From Octopus vulgaris (Eukaryota): a DNA stretch of 64,000 nt. How positions within the stretch are numbered: the stretch's first letter is position 1; each line of letters opens with the position of its first letter. The stretch lies in the NCBI GenBank assembly GCA_951406725.2, contig OX597823.1:99572001-99636000 (forward strand). The letters run 5' to 3'. Under the pieces are notes generated by a model, which saw only the letters and a program-made list of their open reading frames with translations, was not told where the DNA came from and did not search any database. A program made the translations under genes and the position numbers. Below are positions 1 to 13,032 of the stretch, piece after piece.

Positions 1-757
1 TACCATATATACATATTTTTAAAAGTTGCACCTGCAGACAAGTTGCACATTTGTTTTGCACACAACATTCTTGGCTTAGTAATTGATTTGCATAGAATTC
101 GAAGAATATATTTATCAATACTGCTTATATGTGCTTGGATGAAATTTCTATCTTAATATTCATAAGTAAACATATATTTCCCCATCATATATCTAATGAA
201 GCTACAACTAAACGAATCCTTTAGAAGCTATTAACAAATTAAATTCATGTTAATGAGCTCTTACTTCTTTATATTTAATATTTCAATTCTATTTTATTTA
301 ATTACATGTAACAATACATTTTATTAAATTTTATTGCATCCAATTACAAAATAAGTAACACACTCCAACCGCACTGGCATGTTCACAACATCTCTATTTT
401 TTTTAATTATATCAAATATATTCTTGTGTAAAACATGTTTGGAAGCTAATCAGGTGGGAGGGGGGCAAATTACATATTCTATACATATAATACACTCAGA
501 TGTTCTGCTCTACTTTCTATTAAGCAATAATAACACATGGTTACAATATTTAACTGGTTTCTCAGTTTGTCAATAAAGGATTTCACAAGTTTGTTTACCA
601 ACAGTAAATTTTGGGATTGTAGTCTGCCCTTCCCCCTCCACCCACACAACGGTTTTGCCATCGTGAAATCACTTGAGGAATTTTGGTATTATTTTGGAAT
701 CTGACAGTGTTGATAGCCCAGAACGTGGGTGGAGTGCTTCTCTGGAAATACTCTATA

Positions 758-1038
758 GGTGCAAGAGTGGCTGTGTGGTAAGTAGCTTGCTTACCAACCA
801 CATGGTTCCGAGTTCAGCCCACTATGTGGCACCTTGGGCAAGTGTCTTCTACTATAACCTCGGGCCGACCAAAGCCTTGTGAGTGGATTTGGTAGACGGA
901 AACTGAAAGAAGCCTGTCGTATATATGTATATATATATATGTGTATGTGTGTGTATGTATGTTTGTGTTTGTCCCCCCAACATCGCTTGACAACCGATGC
1001 TGGTGTGTTTACGTCCCCGTAAAAGAGTAAAAAGAGTA
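758..1038 (+). mobile_element. tRNA-derived SINE, family A (CORE-like), with most of the 3' part deleted
   Basis: Head GTGGCTGTGTGGTAAG (A box) ... GTTCCGAGTTCAGCCC (B box), CORE-like ACCTTGGGCAAGTGTCTT, internal (TA/TG)n. Colinear with the full copy at 50282-50710 up to GTCCCCGT, then jumps to the AAAAGAGT tail. Confidence 0.85.
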
Positions 1039-3090
1039 CCTTTATACCCTACCAGAACCCAAGGTAAATTATAGAATTTAGAAAGTATTATACATCAGTG
1101 ACAAAGGCTGAGAAGGTTTGAAGGCTTCTGGACTTCTTGCAAGTCACTGCTGAGATGGTGTTCACTTCATTTTAATATATATATCGTGTTTGTAACACCA
1201 CATGTCTATGAAGAAATTTTCCCTCAGATAAAAACCATAGCATTCTGCCTTTCAATGGTAAGAATGGTACACAGATGGCTATTTTTATTTAATGCTGCTT
1301 CAGTTGCATTCACTGAGTTTATTACAACCCAGCAAGGTTTATGCGATACCAGTGACTGTATTATTTACTGCTTCATATGTGTTGGAGGAAAGAGTTTAAG
1401 CATTTGGTGGGCAGATACACATCATTGACAAAGCCCAAAAAGGCTGGAATACATCTAGTGTTCTTGTGAGTCACTGCTGAGATGATGTTTGCCTTGCTAC
1501 AATATATAATGTATTTTTAATACAGACAAAAACCACAGTATCGTGCCATTACGTTTTGAGAGCAGGCAGAATCATTAGCATGTTAGTGGAATTTCTTCCA
1601 GCTTTACATTCTGAGTTCAAGTTCAACCAAGGTCAACCTTGTCATTCTTTCTTTTAAGGTCAATGAAACAAATACCAGTTGAGCATTGATTGTCACTGAA
1701 GCTGAAAGAAAAGATGTATGCTGCAAATGTGAGACGCAGATATTGAACATGAAGAAGCAGAGGAAGCTGGAAAGAATGGAGATGGCAGAGTATTGCAAGA
1801 AAAGCTTTAAATTTTTCTCTTTTTCTAAATCTTCCCTCAATTTATCATCAAATAGCCACCAGCCTCCATTCTCTTACTAACATCCCTCAATTTTCTCCTT
1901 TTAGTTGTATCCATTGCATTTGAAATATCAAACCATTTGAGAAACTTTACATCAAAAATGCTCCGCCAAGTGTCAATAACTAATTTACCAATTTACAGAC
2001 CTGGATATTTTAAGGCACCCTCATTTCATCAGTTCCTTGTTTACTGAAGCCATCTGTGTATTCCACATCTATCTGACAGGCATTTTAAAAAGCTTGTTGA
2101 GCAAAACATCCAATGGTTATAGAACTGATGAACATCCTTCTGAGATAAGAAAAAAAGCTAAAAAAGAACTTGTCTTTTAGTGTGGGATCAATTCTCTGCA
2201 CATTTGTGCTCAGAACTGATGCCACATTAAAAGCAAATAGGTTGAAGCAAATGAAGATCCAAGCCTTTTTAGACTTATTTCATCCAGTCAAACATGTATT
2301 AAATTATTGTCTTATCATCCTTTGGAATGTGCTTTGACTCATTATACGGAAAACTGTTCTCTGGTTTATTTGTTAAAAATTATCATAGATTTTAACTTAG
2401 CTCCATCAGTCATGCAAGCTAAAACTGATGAGAAAAATTGTTTCTCGTTTTAACAGAAACAGTGAATGATTGCTTAGCATATCAAGGAGTGTAAGCAGTT
2501 TATCCAAACTAATTACTGATAAATTATAGTCACCAAGTAGCTTTCTGTTATCAAAACTTTTGAAGCCTTTCAACTTTAACATCAATATCCTTTAGTAATT
2601 TGTAGGGTTTTTGTTTGTGAATTTGGTCCATCAGCTAATGCTTGGAATTGTGTGATATAACATTTTGAATCTGTGGAAAGCAGGATTGCTTTGGTTTTAA
2701 TCAACATACAATTTAACAATAAGTCCATTTAGTCTGCATGCACAAATGCATAAATCCTATTCTAATTTCTTACTGGGAGAAAAGGCATTTAGTCAACCTC
2801 AATTTATTTTTTGGCAAGTTCTGAAAAATGTTTTCTATTTTCAAATGTCCCCAACCACTTTTTCATTTACTGAAAACTCCCTCTCAGCTCTATCATTGCC
2901 CTGCTCCTTGACATATCCAATAACATGCTATTTAAAACCAGTCTCATACCTCTCATTCTCTTGCATTTAGTACTCATCGGCAGAATTTTATTGAAAAATA
3001 TTCAATGTATGAACAGCCTTTAATACTATAAACCTTTTACCATTGTTAAAACACACAACACTTGAGAAATTTAATCCAACAATGCAGTAC

Positions 3091-3201
3091 ATGAATTAGA
3101 AAATTACTATTTTTTAAATCTCACAACGTGAGATATTCAGCAACAGTACTTTGGAGTAAAGATTGCTGTGAGAGTTAAAAAATAGTAATTTTCTAATTTA
3201 T
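3091..3201. repeat. Inverted repeat with 37-bp arms and 37-bp spacer
   Basis: 3091-3127 matches the reverse complement of 3165-3201 at 34 of 37 positions. Confidence 0.85.
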
Positions 3202-3282
3202 AAATCAGTGACTAGTTGTCACTTTGAAAACTATATATTTCAAGTGGGTATTTGGTAGCACCACCTCTAACAGAACAATTAT

Positions 3283-3327
3283 TCTGTGCTGATGAAGGGA
3301 AATAACCCAGAAATCGTGATACACAGA
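3283..3327 (+). ncRNA. Minimal type I hammerhead ribozyme (Penelope-like element type)
   Basis: TCTGTG-CTGATGA-A-GGG(AAATAA)CCC-A-GAAA-TCGTGA-TA-CACAGA: 6-bp stem I, intact CUGAUGA and GAAA core, stem II, very short stem III, AUA cleavage triplet. Confidence 0.85.
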
Positions 3328-4182
3328 TATTGTTTTGAGCTGTGTAGGGTTGTTCGATTCCCTTGTTTGAAAATATAAGGACACAGATCATGTCGTATAG
3401 CCAGCTGGAGACGATGTCTCCTGGGGCTAAATTACAGCAACATTCGTCCTAAACCAGGAGTGCCATGTTATGTTGGCAAACAATCTTTACTACATTACAG
3501 TACATCCTTTACTCACTCATTCATAAAATATTTAATTTATGAAAAATTATTGACATAATGTTACGTAGAAATAAACAAAACAAAATAAAGTAACTACTGA
3601 CAGGGCCACTGCTCTCGCCCACGTGTATCTGATAATATTTAATGTCAAGAAAACATGTAAATTCTCTTGGTGTGTGTTTATTACCATATTTAATTAATCT
3701 CTAGAAACCAGAATCACATACATTGGTATTAAGCACTGTCAACAAACCAACAAACAAACACATACAATAGTCAATGACTGCTTTTGGCATTTACCACATA
3801 TTGTCATATTGTATATGTTTTCTATCTTCAGTTAGATATGCTGCATGCTGCTCTTTTCCAGTATATTTTCTTTAAAAAAAATGTGAGTTACAAACAAGTT
3901 CCTTGAACGCTAATACTTGCTTCTCCCCAGTTGTTTAATGCATGTGTACGAGCGAAGATGTGAATGAAAGAAAAACAAATGGATTTCAGTCAGAATTTCC
4001 GACTATGAATGTTCATTGTATTAGTGTGTAAGTAGCTGAGTAGTCCCTAGAAGCATCATCATTTAACATCCATTTTCCTTGCTGGCATGGGTTGGACGGG
4101 TTGACAGGATTCAGCAAGCTGCAGGACTGCACTGAGCTCAAGCTTCAACTTTGGCAGGTTTTCTATGGTTGACTGCTCTTGC

Positions 4183-4383
4183 ATATACACACACATGCAC
4201 ATACATACACACACACACACACACACGCATGCATACATACATACATACATACATACATACACACACATGCACATACATACACACACACACACACACACGC
4301 ATGCATACATACATACATACATACATACATACACACACATGCACATACATACACACACACACACACACACATACATACATACA

Positions 4384-4415
<32 letters not shown>
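4183..4415. repeat. Compound (CA)n/(CATA)n microsatellite with a 72-bp higher-order period
   Basis: The unit beginning ACACACATGCACATACATAC recurs at 4189, 4261 and 4333. Confidence 0.9.
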
Positions 4416-4416
<1 letters not shown>

Positions 4417-4511
4417 TGTTGTTGATGTTGAAATTCCAATGAAGGAGCTTTGGATCTAGGCTAGAAACCGGCTCTTTCTCTATTGGCAAGAAATGACATA
4501 TCATACATATA

Positions 4512-4898
4512 TCTCTCTCTATATAAACGGCAGTTTGTCTGTGCGTTTTCTGTGTGTCTGTTTTCTCGTACCCTCACTCTGACCACGGCTTTCAACCGAT
4601 TCTGATGAAACTTGACACACACATAGCCCAATGTCATAATTCAAAACTAACGCAGTGAAAATTTTGAAAAGTTCCCCCAGTTCTGAAAAAAATCGATAAA
4701 TTCGACATGGGGTCGAGAATCAGAAACCCAAACCACAGACCGTCTAGGGGACGCAACTCCACCTTTTTTAACTCTCAAAAAAAAAAAATTACCATCATTT
4801 TTTTTCCATTTTTTTGCTATTTTTTGGCTATAACTCTCTAAAAATGCTTTATAGTTATTTCCCTTACAAACCTGAGCAACGCCGGGCGATACTGCTAG
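4512..4898 (+). mobile_element. Non-autonomous Helitron
   Basis: A|TC 5' end. Subterminal GC-rich hairpin CCTGAGCAACGCCGGG followed by CTAG|T at the 3' end. No TSD, and inserted between A and T. Confidence 0.7.
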
Positions 4899-7800
4899 TA
4901 CTTTCATATATATATATATATATAAAAACATTACCAACCACACATACTCAGTGTATGCACTTTGCTTGTTTGTTGGTAGACTGGTTTTTTAGTGCAGTGG
5001 GGATGACACCCTTGTCTGACAATAGCTTAGCTGACTGAAACTTCGAAGTCACTATCAACAACATTCTTGTTTAAAAATAATAAATTTGTACTCTACAAAA
5101 TCATAGAGTAACCCATCAGATGTATGCAAAATTTTTTTTATTATAACTGAACATAAAGACCAACATTAATATATTATGTATATATGTATGTATATATGTA
5201 TGTATATAGATAGATAGATAGATAGATAGATAGTTCTACACACACACACATACACACAGGGATGCATATGAGTGAGGGAAAAATGTTGCATTTATATTTT
5301 TTATCCCGTAGTAGAAAGCCTGTCTCCATAGTGTGCAGCATAGAGTAGTAACAAACTTAGATGAATTAGACAATAATTCATTTGCGATGTTAAATGTAGT
5401 TAATTGCTAGGATCTGATGACAAAAACATGCAACTATAAGAAAATAATAATGTGTTGCTCTTAGATGCTACATTGCCTGTATTATTTTGTGAAAGGTGTT
5501 TTGATTGTGAATTAGAACCAGAATATCTGTAAAGCAAACTAAACATATAATTAAATAAATTCAGATTGTTAGAAGAGCAGTGGCAAATTATTTTGCAAGA
5601 CAGCCTAAAGGAGTAGCCATGATGCTAGCATTAACACTCTGTTGTATTGCAGACACTCTTTTAAACATGATGTTATGTTTCATGAATGGGATTTAAATAA
5701 AATTGAATTAGTCTACACATTACAATATTATTTTTATTGTTCCATTAACTATGATTTCACCAATTATTTTTCTTTTTTTATTATTATACTGATCAAAGCA
5801 TCTTGTAGCATTTTTGTCTTAGTATCAACTTTGTGCTCCAGACAAATTGTAGAATTCTGTTTTTGCTTCAATCTGAAATGAATCTACTTTGCTAGGGGCC
5901 TAAAACAGAAATGATACTAACTGCATAAACTCTTCCTACAAGTTTTTCAGTCTTGTAAAATAATTTTTTTTTGCTTAGTTCTTCTTTTGCCAAGGGTTTG
6001 TAACACTTTTAGAAAATTCAACTGAATATCAGTTTTTGACTTTACTTCTTGCTGTCTGCAGACCCATGGCCAACAGTATACAACGTGCATAAACTCATGG
6101 GATCTTTGATGAGGCTGAAATTAAACTGTGAGCTGCATCCAAAATTAGAACTTTGAGCTGTATCAGCTCCCTGCCATATAAGTACTTTAACAGAGTTAAA
6201 TGGCTACTCAACAACATCAAATGTATAACGAATTTGATTCATAATTAGAATTGCTCCTAAAGTGATAATATACTAAATATTAAGTATGAAATAATTATAT
6301 TTTACAAAGTTGTGGTTAATCGTTGGCCACCACTCGATTATAATCAAAACTTCTATAATTTTCATGCATATCACCAAACTGTTATCTCTCCATTATGAGA
6401 TTTCATTCAAAGAGAGTCCATACTATTTCCCTCCTCAACTAAACTACTAGAATTTTTATAATTTTATAAAATCAGCCATATGAGTATCACTTGAAGTTCT
6501 TTGTTTAGTTTTCCATCCTAACTTAAAATTGAAGTCAGCAACCATGATTTCCAAGCAAGATTAATGTGTTTTTTCTTATAGAAGATTGGTTTGGAAGCCA
6601 GATAAATGAGATAGGCACCTTCTATTGGTTTCAGCTGAAGAGGGTTATGCTTGACAAAAGACCATAAATGGAACCCTTCTGCAGGCAAGGACTAATTCAA
6701 CCCTATTCAGGCAAAATGTACTGACTAAGAAGCAAAATGTTCATGACTTTGGGAAACCCTGCTGATGATGGGAGGATTATCAGCAATGCATTTGCATTTG
6801 CCAACATCAAGAGAAAGAGCTTGCAATTGTTTAAGTCACTCCTGTAGTTTCTGTTTGGGGAAAAGTATCTCTGATGTTTATTTCACCCATACATTTCTTG
6901 TGGCAGAGTAGAAAGCAGAGTAATCTATGATTTCAAAAGCTTGGAATACTATGCAAATGGGTGTAACAAGCTTTAACTGCATGATCTTGGGATCTGTGAC
7001 CCAGAGCCTTAATGAACACTTCTTGCTGTACCTGTTCACATGCAAATATCCTGACATATGGAACTGTCTAATTCAAGGACAGTGTTTATGTAGAAGGAAA
7101 TTCTTGGAGAAATGTTTTAAGGCAACCAAAGTAATAAGTGAGAAGATGACTCATCATGTGGAGAAGATGGTTAAAATCAGTTTCAGTACCACATGCTTTT
7201 CTTTCATCTCAAACAGAGTTAGAAACAGGAATAATAATAATGATGATAATAATAATAATAATAATAATAATTATAATAATAATAATAATAATAATATTAA
7301 TAATAATGATAATAAACAGCAACAATAAAAACTAATGAGAAAGAAATTAGTGTCAATGGGAAAATATTTTCAAACTACTTAGAATGGATAAAAGCCAAGT
7401 TTAAAGAACTATGCTAACGAGGGAATATTTGCCATTACTTTATTGCATAATCCAGAATGAAAATTATTAAATACTTAACTTGGAGCAAATGAAAGTATTT
7501 CAAGATGAGAACCCTGGTACTAATGATCTTAGCTGCTAAAATTTGTTCTTTCAGGATGTCAGCATCTCTCTGACGTTTTTGTTTTCTTTTTCACTACCTG
7601 TTTTATACAGATGGCTACCTTCCTGAAACAGTTATTTGAGATAGCATCGAAGTTGTTTCCTGTTTTCTTTCCCTCTTGGTATGATTTCTCAGTGATAGTC
7701 GGGCTAAACTGTGCATGCTTTCCAACATAACTTCTCTGGAAAAAGAAATAAGAAGAAAAAGCGTCAGTTGTAGTTGCATCAGAAGTGGCCAAGAATAGAA

Positions 7801-9077
7801 TTGATATTAGAAGGAATAAACCAACAGCTGACTTGCATATTTACTGCTGCTTCTTAGATGAAAGACTGGCTGAGGAATGGAAAGCTGGGCAGGTCACCAA
7901 AGAAGCTTGTGTGTGTATATATTATATTGTTCAGTTTCTTTATAAATGCATGCACTTTCTCAGTTATTTGTATATATCTAATACACTCTGTATGTGTGTA
8001 TGTTTACGTATCTTCATGATCATCATCTTCACCACCACTGCCATCATCATCATCATCACCGTCGTCATTGTCATCATCATTTTACATCTGCTTTATTCAT
8101 GCCTGCATAGGCTGGACACTTCTGTATCGCTTTTTCATGATGTTCAAATTCCAGAGATGATAAGACTCCACAGCAACTCCTCATCTCTTCTTTGGTCTGT
8201 CACTGCTGCTGGTTCCTTCTACTTGAACTATTTGCCACTTCTTTAACCAATGGCTATCTTTCATAGGCATCACTTGCCTGTATCAAGTCACAAACTACAT
8301 TTCCACCCATTTTTTTTTCTCTTGACTCATTTATGCACTTTAATATCTCACATCCAGCAGAACACACTCTCTTCATTTCTTTCCAGATCTTCACAAGTTT
8401 TAAGCCTACGGTTCTCTGCCCTTCATACACAAACCTCATTCACCCGTTATTTGGACAAAGAATACCTTTGTTACCAGCACAGGTAATCGCACCTTGAATT
8501 TTTCCTACTCCCTTCTCACTCTGATTTGTGTATGTGCCTGTATGTGTGTGTGTGCCTGTGCAAACGTATGTGCCTGTATGTGTGTTTATCATCATCATCA
8601 TCATCATCATCATCACCACTAACACCATCATCCCCATCATAGTTAGCAGTGGACACGGGGTTCTGACCACCACTACTGTCAGAAGCCATCAACTACATCT
8701 AGGGAGTACTTTGAAATAGTGAAAGAATTTTATTTTATTGGTGTCATAACTCTTCCAGCAATTCAATGGAACAGGAGTTTAGGACTCAGTTCTGTTTCAT
8801 GCTTTTTGACCTTTCAGCAGGAATTATAGACAGAAGCTTTGTTCATTTTAGAATAATCATAGCATCCATGTTTATGAGTTCCAATGGAATACACAAACTA
8901 ATAAAGATTTTTTTATTTATTTATTGGTCAGATCTGTTTCTTTAACTATTTTGAAAGATAACTTCAACTAGCAATATGTTTTCCTCCTTCACAAACCCTC
9001 AGCCATACAATACTTCACGTCAAACACAAGCTTCATAGAATTTAACCCTCGACACTGAGGCACAGCCATCACCAACA

Positions 9078-9461
9078 GTGGCGGCGCAATAGCCCAGTGG
9101 TTAGGGCAGCAGATTCATGGTCGGAGGATCGTGGTTTCAATTCCCAGACCGGGCGTTTTGTGTGTTTATTGAGCGAAAACACCTAAAGCTCCACGAGGCT
9201 CCAGCAGGGGGTGGTGGCAACCCCTGTTGTACTCTTTCGCTCCAACTTTCTCTCACTCTTTCTTCCTGCTTCTTGTCCCCAACTTCCTATGCAACTGCTG
9301 AGCCTGGATGCACATTCATCCATCCATCGATGCTCTCGGTGTCGGGAGTTGACCTGCTGTATCTTCTGTGGGTCTTACGAATAGCAAAGGACCATGTTTC
9401 GGACTTCTCCCACTACAGACATGAGATGAAGACCGCTTCACTCAACAAACAAACAAACAAA
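9078..9461 (+). mobile_element. Full-length tRNA-derived SINE, family C, with a 12-bp TSD
   Basis: A box TAGCCCAGTGGTTAGG, B-box-like GGTTTCAATTCC, (AAAC)n tail. Perfect direct repeat CCATCACCAACA at 9066-9077 and 9462-9473. Confidence 0.9.
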
Positions 9462-9499
9462 CCATCACCAACAAAATACACACACACACACACACACAT

Positions 9500-9742
9500 T
9501 CAGGCTTCATATGCTTCCTAGTTAGACTATCCTCTGATGTCATAATTTACTCAACGTGGGGTATTCAGTTACCTACACTTCAGGCCGAAAACACCTTAAT
9601 TATATAAAGGCTACCTTTTCGTTAAGGAGTTCCAAGTTAATGACAATGCAACCTTCATATAATTAAGGTGTCTTTGGCCTGAGGAATAGTCAGCTGAGTT
9701 CTCTTAATTGATTTGCTAGCTAGGAAACATACGTACCCTGGA
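9500..9742. repeat. Foldback / MITE-like nested inverted repeat
   Basis: Inner arms 9580-9610 and 9652-9682 match at 28 of 31 positions. Weaker outer arms at ~9500-9526 and ~9716-9742. Confidence 0.65.
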
Positions 9743-9960
9743 TTTTACCTGCTCCACTCTCTTAATTTGGATTTTTATTTGCATTCGTAATGACTTGAGT
9801 TTCATACTATGAGCTATAAAAGTTTTTTTTCAAGTTACTGAACTTTGATATGGGAGAAACCTACAAAACCCTCAATAATAAATTATGTTCCTAAACATTG
9901 TTTTTGATACGTATCCCAGACTGTGCAAGGCTTACAAACTTCCTACACTTAGATTCTTGA

Positions 9961-10009
<49 letters not shown>

Positions 10010-10320
10010 GGGTTTAGCAACAAGTTGCTTCACCACATACCAAAAATTTAGAAATAGCAGCCAAAAGACCACTATTTCTTTTTCCTACAAAATATGTCTC
10101 CACAGATAACAACATTTGTAACTCACATAGGTAAAAAGAAGAAAAATAATGAAATCAAACAGTCTTTGATTAATTATGGATGCGTTTCTGGATTAGAATT
10201 ATAAAAATTCATTTCCTTTGTCAGCATAATATAAGAAATAGATAAATGGTGAGAAGATGTAATTCAGGGTAAAGCTATGTTCAGTGGAAAAGGGATAATA
10301 TTGAGAATGTGGGATGTATA

Positions 10321-10422
10321 AAAACAGGAAAGACATTTCCTATTAGAAATTCTTCAGACAGAACCAAAATAATATTTTGATTCTCTGTCTAAGGAGTTTC
10401 TTATAGACGTCTTACTAGTTTT
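10321..10422. repeat. ~100-bp imperfect palindrome
   Basis: AGAAATTCTTCAGACAGAACCAAAAT pairs with ATTTTGATTCTCTGTCTAAGGAGTTTCT around a centre at ~10372, and pairing extends outward imperfectly. Confidence 0.7.
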
Positions 10423-12359
10423 TTGTCTACCCCTTTGTAACTCCCATTAGGTCATGCTTTCAGTGTTTTCTTTTGTTTTCATATATTCTTACATCCATTT
10501 CTCTATGGTAACATGGGTTAGATGAATAAATTGCAGCATTCTTTTACTGCCAGATATAATTCCTGTCACTAACCTTTACATGTTTTCAGGTAAGGTGCCT
10601 CATATTCTGCACATCTTTAAAAGTGCTGATCCAGCAGACATTTTGTTGATAGTAGAAACGACAGCAATCCCATCACTTGTAGCTCAACAATGTTTAGAGA
10701 AGCATAAATGTAAACAAACGTTTAGATGCACACACATATATACACAAACACTCATATATATCATATATTCTAATTATGTAAATAAACTTTTATCACATCT
10801 ATTGCTTTTATGTTTCAAACTAGTCTAAAAAGTTGACTGTTAAGAGTAATATGAAAAATATAATTATTTTTTACTGTCTCTCTCGTTACCATTCTAAATG
10901 CAGTTGTATCTAGAGTTAAGAGTTAGGACAAATTCTTTTAAAAGGAAAATGCAATTTAAACCTTGTTGATCTTGGTAATTCCAGTTTAAATGTCAAATGG
11001 GGTTGTTTGGGTCAAGGACAGAGAAAGGCTTTCTCAGCTACGATTTAAGTTTAGTTTTGCTTCAGTTTCTTATGTGACATAAGAAAGGGGCATGATGACA
11101 CGAGGTTCATTGATGGAGGCAGTTATGGAGTATTAGATAAACTTAAATCACAGACACACACACATGCGCGTGCACACACACACACACACGCATACACACA
11201 CACACACACACACACTCACATACACACAAACGAAAAGAAAAAAAAAAGACATGTCATTAGATAAGAAAATCAACACTCTGATGGAAAGATGATGCCATAT
11301 GGCAGGAAGTTCCTAGCTATATCAAGAAAAAAATAAAAAATAAATTAGAAGATAATGAAAAATAAAAGAGAAAATGTACCACAGTAGCATTTCAAACCAA
11401 GTTTTTCTTTTTTGAAACAAAAAGACAAAAAAGAGAAGGAAAGATACTGTTAGTAATATGTCCATTTTTGTTGTTAGAATGTTATAAAAAACTGATAAGA
11501 AGCAATTTTAAGCAGACATATGAGTGGTCTTTATTAAAAGTATTGCTAAGGCCTCACCATATTTACCACGTAATACAAGACACAAACTTCATTTTATGTC
11601 CATTATATTATGTAAGGAAATGAAAAAGAAATGTGCTCGCAATCAGAGCTGTTGTAATCCTTCACTTACCATATTTCTATTGAAATACACTGCATGGCTT
11701 TCAATTAATTCTGAAAATTATGAAGAAATTAGTAAAATGATTGTTATGGTAATGCTGGCATTTAGAATGTAAATTAACTTGCAATTTTTATGGGATGTCA
11801 TAATTTACCTGACTTTGCATCAAAGAACCTGGGACAGTCTTGGATGAGATGGTGTCAAAAGGAGTCACAGCTTTATCAAACTCTAAGTAAAGCAATGTCT
11901 TGGAGCTTTTGCATAAACCATCAGAGTAGAGATTAGTTTTGGGTCCTGTAAACACTTAGGAACGTCAAGCAACTGCCCAGTCTTTAAGATGGCATTGATG
12001 ATGATGATGATCATCATCATCAGTCATAATCAGTCATCATCAGTCATCATCAATCATCATCATCATCATCATCAATCATTGTCATTATCGTCGTCATCAT
12101 CATCATCATCATCAATCATTGTCATTATCGTCGTCATCATCATCATCATCATCAACATCTACTTTTCCATGCTTCTGCCTCATATGCGATAGATTTAATC
12201 ATGCATTGTTGGTCAAGTGGAGCGGCTCCAGAGTCATGACAGTTACAACTGGACTTAGGTTTTTGATGCTGACCATGTGTAATGATACTCATCATATTGA
12301 GGTAGCAGCTATATGATCATTTCACAGTACGCCCATTGAATATTTTCCTGTATCTGTGA

Positions 12360-13030
12360 GTTACTGGAAAGTTACTGCAGCCCTAAATAATAATACAACA
12401 GGTAAGAAGACTTATGTTGGATTATGTGAAGGTGAATTTCAAAATCGCTAGGCCAATCACATATCCTCCTGCTGACATAAGGAGAAAAGCAAAGCTACTA
12501 AGTTGGCTGGCAACCTATGGACTTTGAAAGATAACAAAACACATGTGATTAAGTGGGAAATAATTGAGAAATCCATACCTCTTGTGAATGGATCAAATAA
12601 ATGTAGGCTTTGTTTAGCTGAAAGAATGCAGATCCTGTTCAGTTCTAAGATCCCTAACTCTCTATTGAACTCTAGGTCTGAAATTTTCAGTGGTTGCAAG
12701 CATATGTATAAATATATTTTGAAGGATTGGAAAATTCCCCCTATTCCTGATTAACTTGTTGATATCTTTCCAGCTTTATAATTTGAGGTCTAAGGAGGAT
12801 AACGTTTTTACCTTTTTTACTTTTTTACATTTTCATTTTCTGTTTTTTTAACCTTCCATGTTTTTTATATGCTGCCTTCTCAGTTTTTTCACATTTCTTC
12901 TCTTACTCAATTTTTTAGTTCACTATTATATGTGGTTTGTGCCTGAAGAATATGTTTGAGATATTTCTCAACATATGAAACTATTAGTAACACTTAAAGA
13001 CATGTATTGCATCCTTTAAATTAATAATAT
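12360..13030 (+). mobile_element. Penelope-like element 3' fragment: GIY-YIG endonuclease C-terminus plus 3' region with a hammerhead
   Basis: Translates as KKTYVGLCEGEFQNR*ANH...IKWEIIEK...KCRLCLAERMQI...LLNSRSEIFSGCKH, a PLE GIY-YIG with a CxxC...CxH tail, with in-frame stops. Confidence 0.8.
12938..12993 (+). ncRNA. Minimal hammerhead ribozyme in the PLE 3' region
   Basis: GTGC-CTGAAGA-ATATGTTTGAG(ATATTT)CTCAACATAT-GAAA-CTATTAG-TA-ACAC: ~10-bp stem II, GUA triplet, one stem I mismatch. Confidence 0.8.
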
Positions 13031-13032
13031 TA

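Noticed and set aside
1093-1550. Diverged ~330-bp-period duplication as possible tandem exons
   Set aside because: Stops occur in the frames examined and there are no clear splice sites. It looks more like decayed LINE post-RT sequence.
7555-7680. Possible internal exon (TTTTATACAG|ATGGCT...TTG|GTATGA)
   Set aside because: Such signals are common by chance in AT-rich DNA, and the peptide is not recognisable.
9078-9160. tRNA gene
   Set aside because: It is the head of a SINE with a body, tail and TSD, and no full cloverleaf. The same applies to the heads at 758 and 50282.
12440-12480. In-frame TGA in the PLE endonuclease as selenocysteine
   Set aside because: The same stretch also has an in-frame TAG and no SECIS-like AUGA/GA quartet was found, so ordinary decay explains it.
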